DNA of 63,951 nt, the filler included, from Octopus bimaculoides (taxonomy: Eukaryota): assembly GCF_001194135.2 (NCBI RefSeq). It is 5 parts of 5 records of this genome, joined end to end, with 100 filler letters (N's around TTAATTAATTAA, not from the genome) between each part and the next. Parts side by side here need not be neighbours in the genome. Positions count along the whole stretch, not along the records: positions 43,637 to 63,951 come from NC_068981.1; 4 more parts are not named here. The stretch is one strand, 5' to 3'. Positions 61,215-63,951 of this stretch are shown piece after piece. Under the pieces are notes generated by a model. It ran no database searches. It saw nothing but the letters and a program-made list of their open reading frames with translations, and was not told where the DNA came from. How positions within the stretch are numbered: the stretch's first letter is position 1; each line of letters begins with the position of its first letter. Made by a program: the position numbers and the translations under genes.

Positions 61215-61815
61215 TGTGTGTTTGTGTTTGTCTCCTGCCATCGTTTGACAACCAATGTCGGTGTGTTTATGTCCCTGTAACTTAGCAGTTCTGCAAAAGA
61301 GACTGATAGAATAAGTACTAAGCTTACAAAGAATAACTGTCAATTTGTTCGACTAAAGGTGGTGCTCCAGCATGGCCACAGTCAAATGACTGAAACAAAT
61401 AAAAGAATAAAAGAATATATATATGTATATATAAATATATGGGCCTCATTAAGGAAATGATAAGGGACTGGGAGATGTGGCGAATTGCTGTACTTGAGAA
61501 GAGTTGTCAAGCTAAGTCTTCCATATATGTCATCTGTACATACAGGCTGGTCCTTTACAGGTGCCAGTGCCCCATAAAATGCACATGCGCCAGTGCTGTG
61601 TAAATGCATCCATGCTGGTGGTATGTGAAAAGCATCCAGCACACCCTGTAAAATGATTGGCCTTAGGAAAGGCATGCAGCCATAGAAACCATGCCTTAAC
61701 AAGCAACTGGAGTCTGGACAGCTCCCACCCGCTTGCTAGCTCCTGTCAAACTGTCCAACCCATGCCAGCATGGAAAACAGACACTAAATGATGATGTTTT
61801 TGATGATGATGATGA
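61215..61815 (+). mobile_element. Family B SINE 3' half (61215-61410) and family F tail (61490-61815)
   Basis: Similarity to other copies. Confidence 0.8.
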
Positions 61816-61829
61816 TACATGTGTATGTG

Positions 61830-62020
61830 TGTACCGAAGACTCGGGTGAAATTCTTCTCTTCCATTGATTATATATTTGTGCATTCAAATGTAGCAGGGA
61901 ACTGCTAGCATTTGGCTGCTATTTGGATCATGTTGTGTCCACTACTCTGATTGGTTGGTATTGGCACATTTTGTCTATTATTCGATTGTGTCAACTTACC
62001 ATGGATATCCAGTCAGAGAA
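61830..62020 (+). mobile_element. 5' (U3) fragment of the LTR family, inverted relative to 62098-63156
   Basis: Aligns at roughly 80 percent by eye with the reverse complement of 62965-63156. Confidence 0.8.
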
Positions 62021-62082
62021 TTTGAAGATTTTTGTTCTTGCCGGGGTCACTACTTATTAATGGTCATGGTTGCATGTTCTAA

Positions 62083-63156
62083 GTCGGGCCACCAATTTGT
62101 AATGGGCCGTGCGATGTGAGGCGATGAGAATGCCTCTTTTGTACCACACCACACGATCATTACAATAAAGAGAAATTGAATTGTACAAATAAGTGCCAGA
62201 TGGAAAGAGACACAACTGCATAGAATGATTCAGAGAACATTTATTGAGATGTTAACATGTGTGTGTGTCATGTGTACAGAATAATTGACAGGCCGTCATG
62301 ACATCAAAGTGTATGTGTGTGTGTGTAAGCATAGATGTGTGCACGTGTTAAGAACATTTAAGGATGGCAATAAGAAGAAAACAGTGAAAACGTCTTTCGG
62401 CCACCAAAGTGAGAAGTAAGTTCATAGAGACAAGAAAGATGATTATACCAGTTTGTAGTCAGTCGTATATGATAGTTGAAATATTGCATCAAGTCGTGAC
62501 CCTGAAACTGAGCCAGTTACAGGTTCATTTTGTATGTGAAGTTGTAGCTGTGATGCTGCTGCCTGGGTCACTTGATACAGGAGTTCATGCAGGTTGTATA
62601 TTCGCTGTTGATCCGTAATGAAATAATTCACGAACAGTGAACTGTTGTAACCCGGGTGAATTGTTTGCTAAGCTGTGTACATAGAGAGATGATGATGATG
62701 TTAAGAAGGACATGATGGTGGCAACGAAAAAGGAGGTTGCTGCAATGTTGTTGGACAAAGCTGGTAAGTCTCAATGTAGCTGCTGTGGTTGGTGGTATTG
62801 TCGCTCACATTGTCTCTGGAACAGGCTGTGTCTTTGTGGTCAGCGGCTAGACCGTAAAAAGTCTGGAACCAAAGACACCAGAACGAGGAAAAGCTGAGTT
62901 TTTATAAGGAGCTGTAGGCTAAAACAGGGTAGTAAACAAGCTGTCCCATGTGATCCTATTTAGAGCCTCTGACTGGTTATCCACAGCAAGTTGGTACAAT
63001 CGAATATGAGACAACTTGTGCCGATACCAACCAATCAGAGTAGTGGATACAACGTGATCCAAATAGCAGCCAAAGGCTAGCTGTTCCCTGCTACATTCAA
63101 ATGCACATATATATAATAAATGGGCGGAGGGGAAGTTCACCTGAACCTCCGCTACA
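62083..63156 (-). mobile_element. Gypsy-like 5' LTR (62098-63156) plus primer-binding site
   Basis: TGTAG...TTACA; homologous to 12835-13935 at the start (gtgaa..cctccgcc.att..atata) and end (atgacggcctgtc, tcgcacgg..ttaca); followed by aat-TGGTGGCCCGAC, complementary to the tRNA-Ile(AAU) 3' end CGGGCCACCA. Confidence 0.8.
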
Positions 63157-63869
63157 TATGGAACAAGTTATAAATAATGGTCATTACATATTTTTCCTTT
63201 ATTGGAGCAAATTTGGCTTACAGCTGTTTCCAGTAGTCATTATAGGTACGTTACTGATAAGTTTACTCAGTTGGTCTATTGATCAATTGAAGAAAACTGA
63301 GCGACCTAAGAAAATTAATTGCTACTGTCATCAGAGCCATTTCTGGTGATAACAAGCAGAGCACTGAAGGAATGGCTTTTGTATGAGGAAGGTGTGGGGG
63401 GGGGGGGGGGGAGAAGAAGATGGAAAAATGCAAGTAAAATACAGAAGAGAGGAAGACAGGTTACAAAAGGGTGGAAGGAGGTAAGGAGATGGTATGAGTC
63501 ACTTACAGGAAGCAGGGGCATTTTATTGCCAAAATTTGGACCAGGGAAGGTCCTAAAACATTAGTGTTTGTAGTCAGGTCAACAGACATTACCATATCAG
63601 CATTGTATGTAGTTTAGTTGTTCTCCAGGCATTGTGCATGTATATATGTATGTAACATGTGATGTAGTTAAGTGGATTGTTTGTTATGCTGAAAATAACC
63701 ATGACAACAATCGCACACCTGCCCCAAGCTGTAATTAACTGTTTTCAATTTTGCTTTACCTCACTATTAAAATATGTGATACACGGTTTATGTTACAGAG
63801 ACCAGAGTTACAGAAAAATGCCAGGCAATTGGTAAGTTGTAATATGTCACAAAGCTTTTTATTAGAATC

Positions 63870-63951
63870 CCTCCTCTTCCTTCCCCTCTTCCTCCCCCTC
63901 CTCTTCCTCTTCCTCCCCCTCCTCTTCCTCTTCTTCCCCCTCCTCTTCCTC
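63870..63951. repeat. Pure C/T tract with ~21-bp period
   Basis: cctccccctcctcttcctctt repeated. Confidence 0.9.

Overview
Repeat-saturated, AT-rich animal genomic DNA. The SINE families, MITEs and dense microsatellites fit an octopus-type cephalopod (inference from repeat content only). The window holds many N gaps, four of which carry an artificial TTAATTAATTAA spacer, so adjacency across those is not guaranteed. Recognisable protein-coding content is mostly dead transposon sequence: Helitron Rep/helicase, RTE, R4/Dong-type and Tx1/L1-type LINEs, a Penelope-like RT, two related Gypsy-type LTRs and several MITE superfamilies. Two host exons are well supported on the + strand (terminal exon 44056-44178, start-codon exon 60100-60613) and several minus-strand exon candidates are weak. 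The most striking signal is a dense set of hammerhead-ribozyme (HHR) motifs from several unrelated small repeat families. At least three have an intact catalytic core (35002-35072 +, 54767-54848 -, 27390-27435 +), several share a palindromic stem III (a dimer-type design), and one sits at the 5' end of the Penelope-like ORF. All RNA folds were derived by eye and none has been tested computationally or experimentally.
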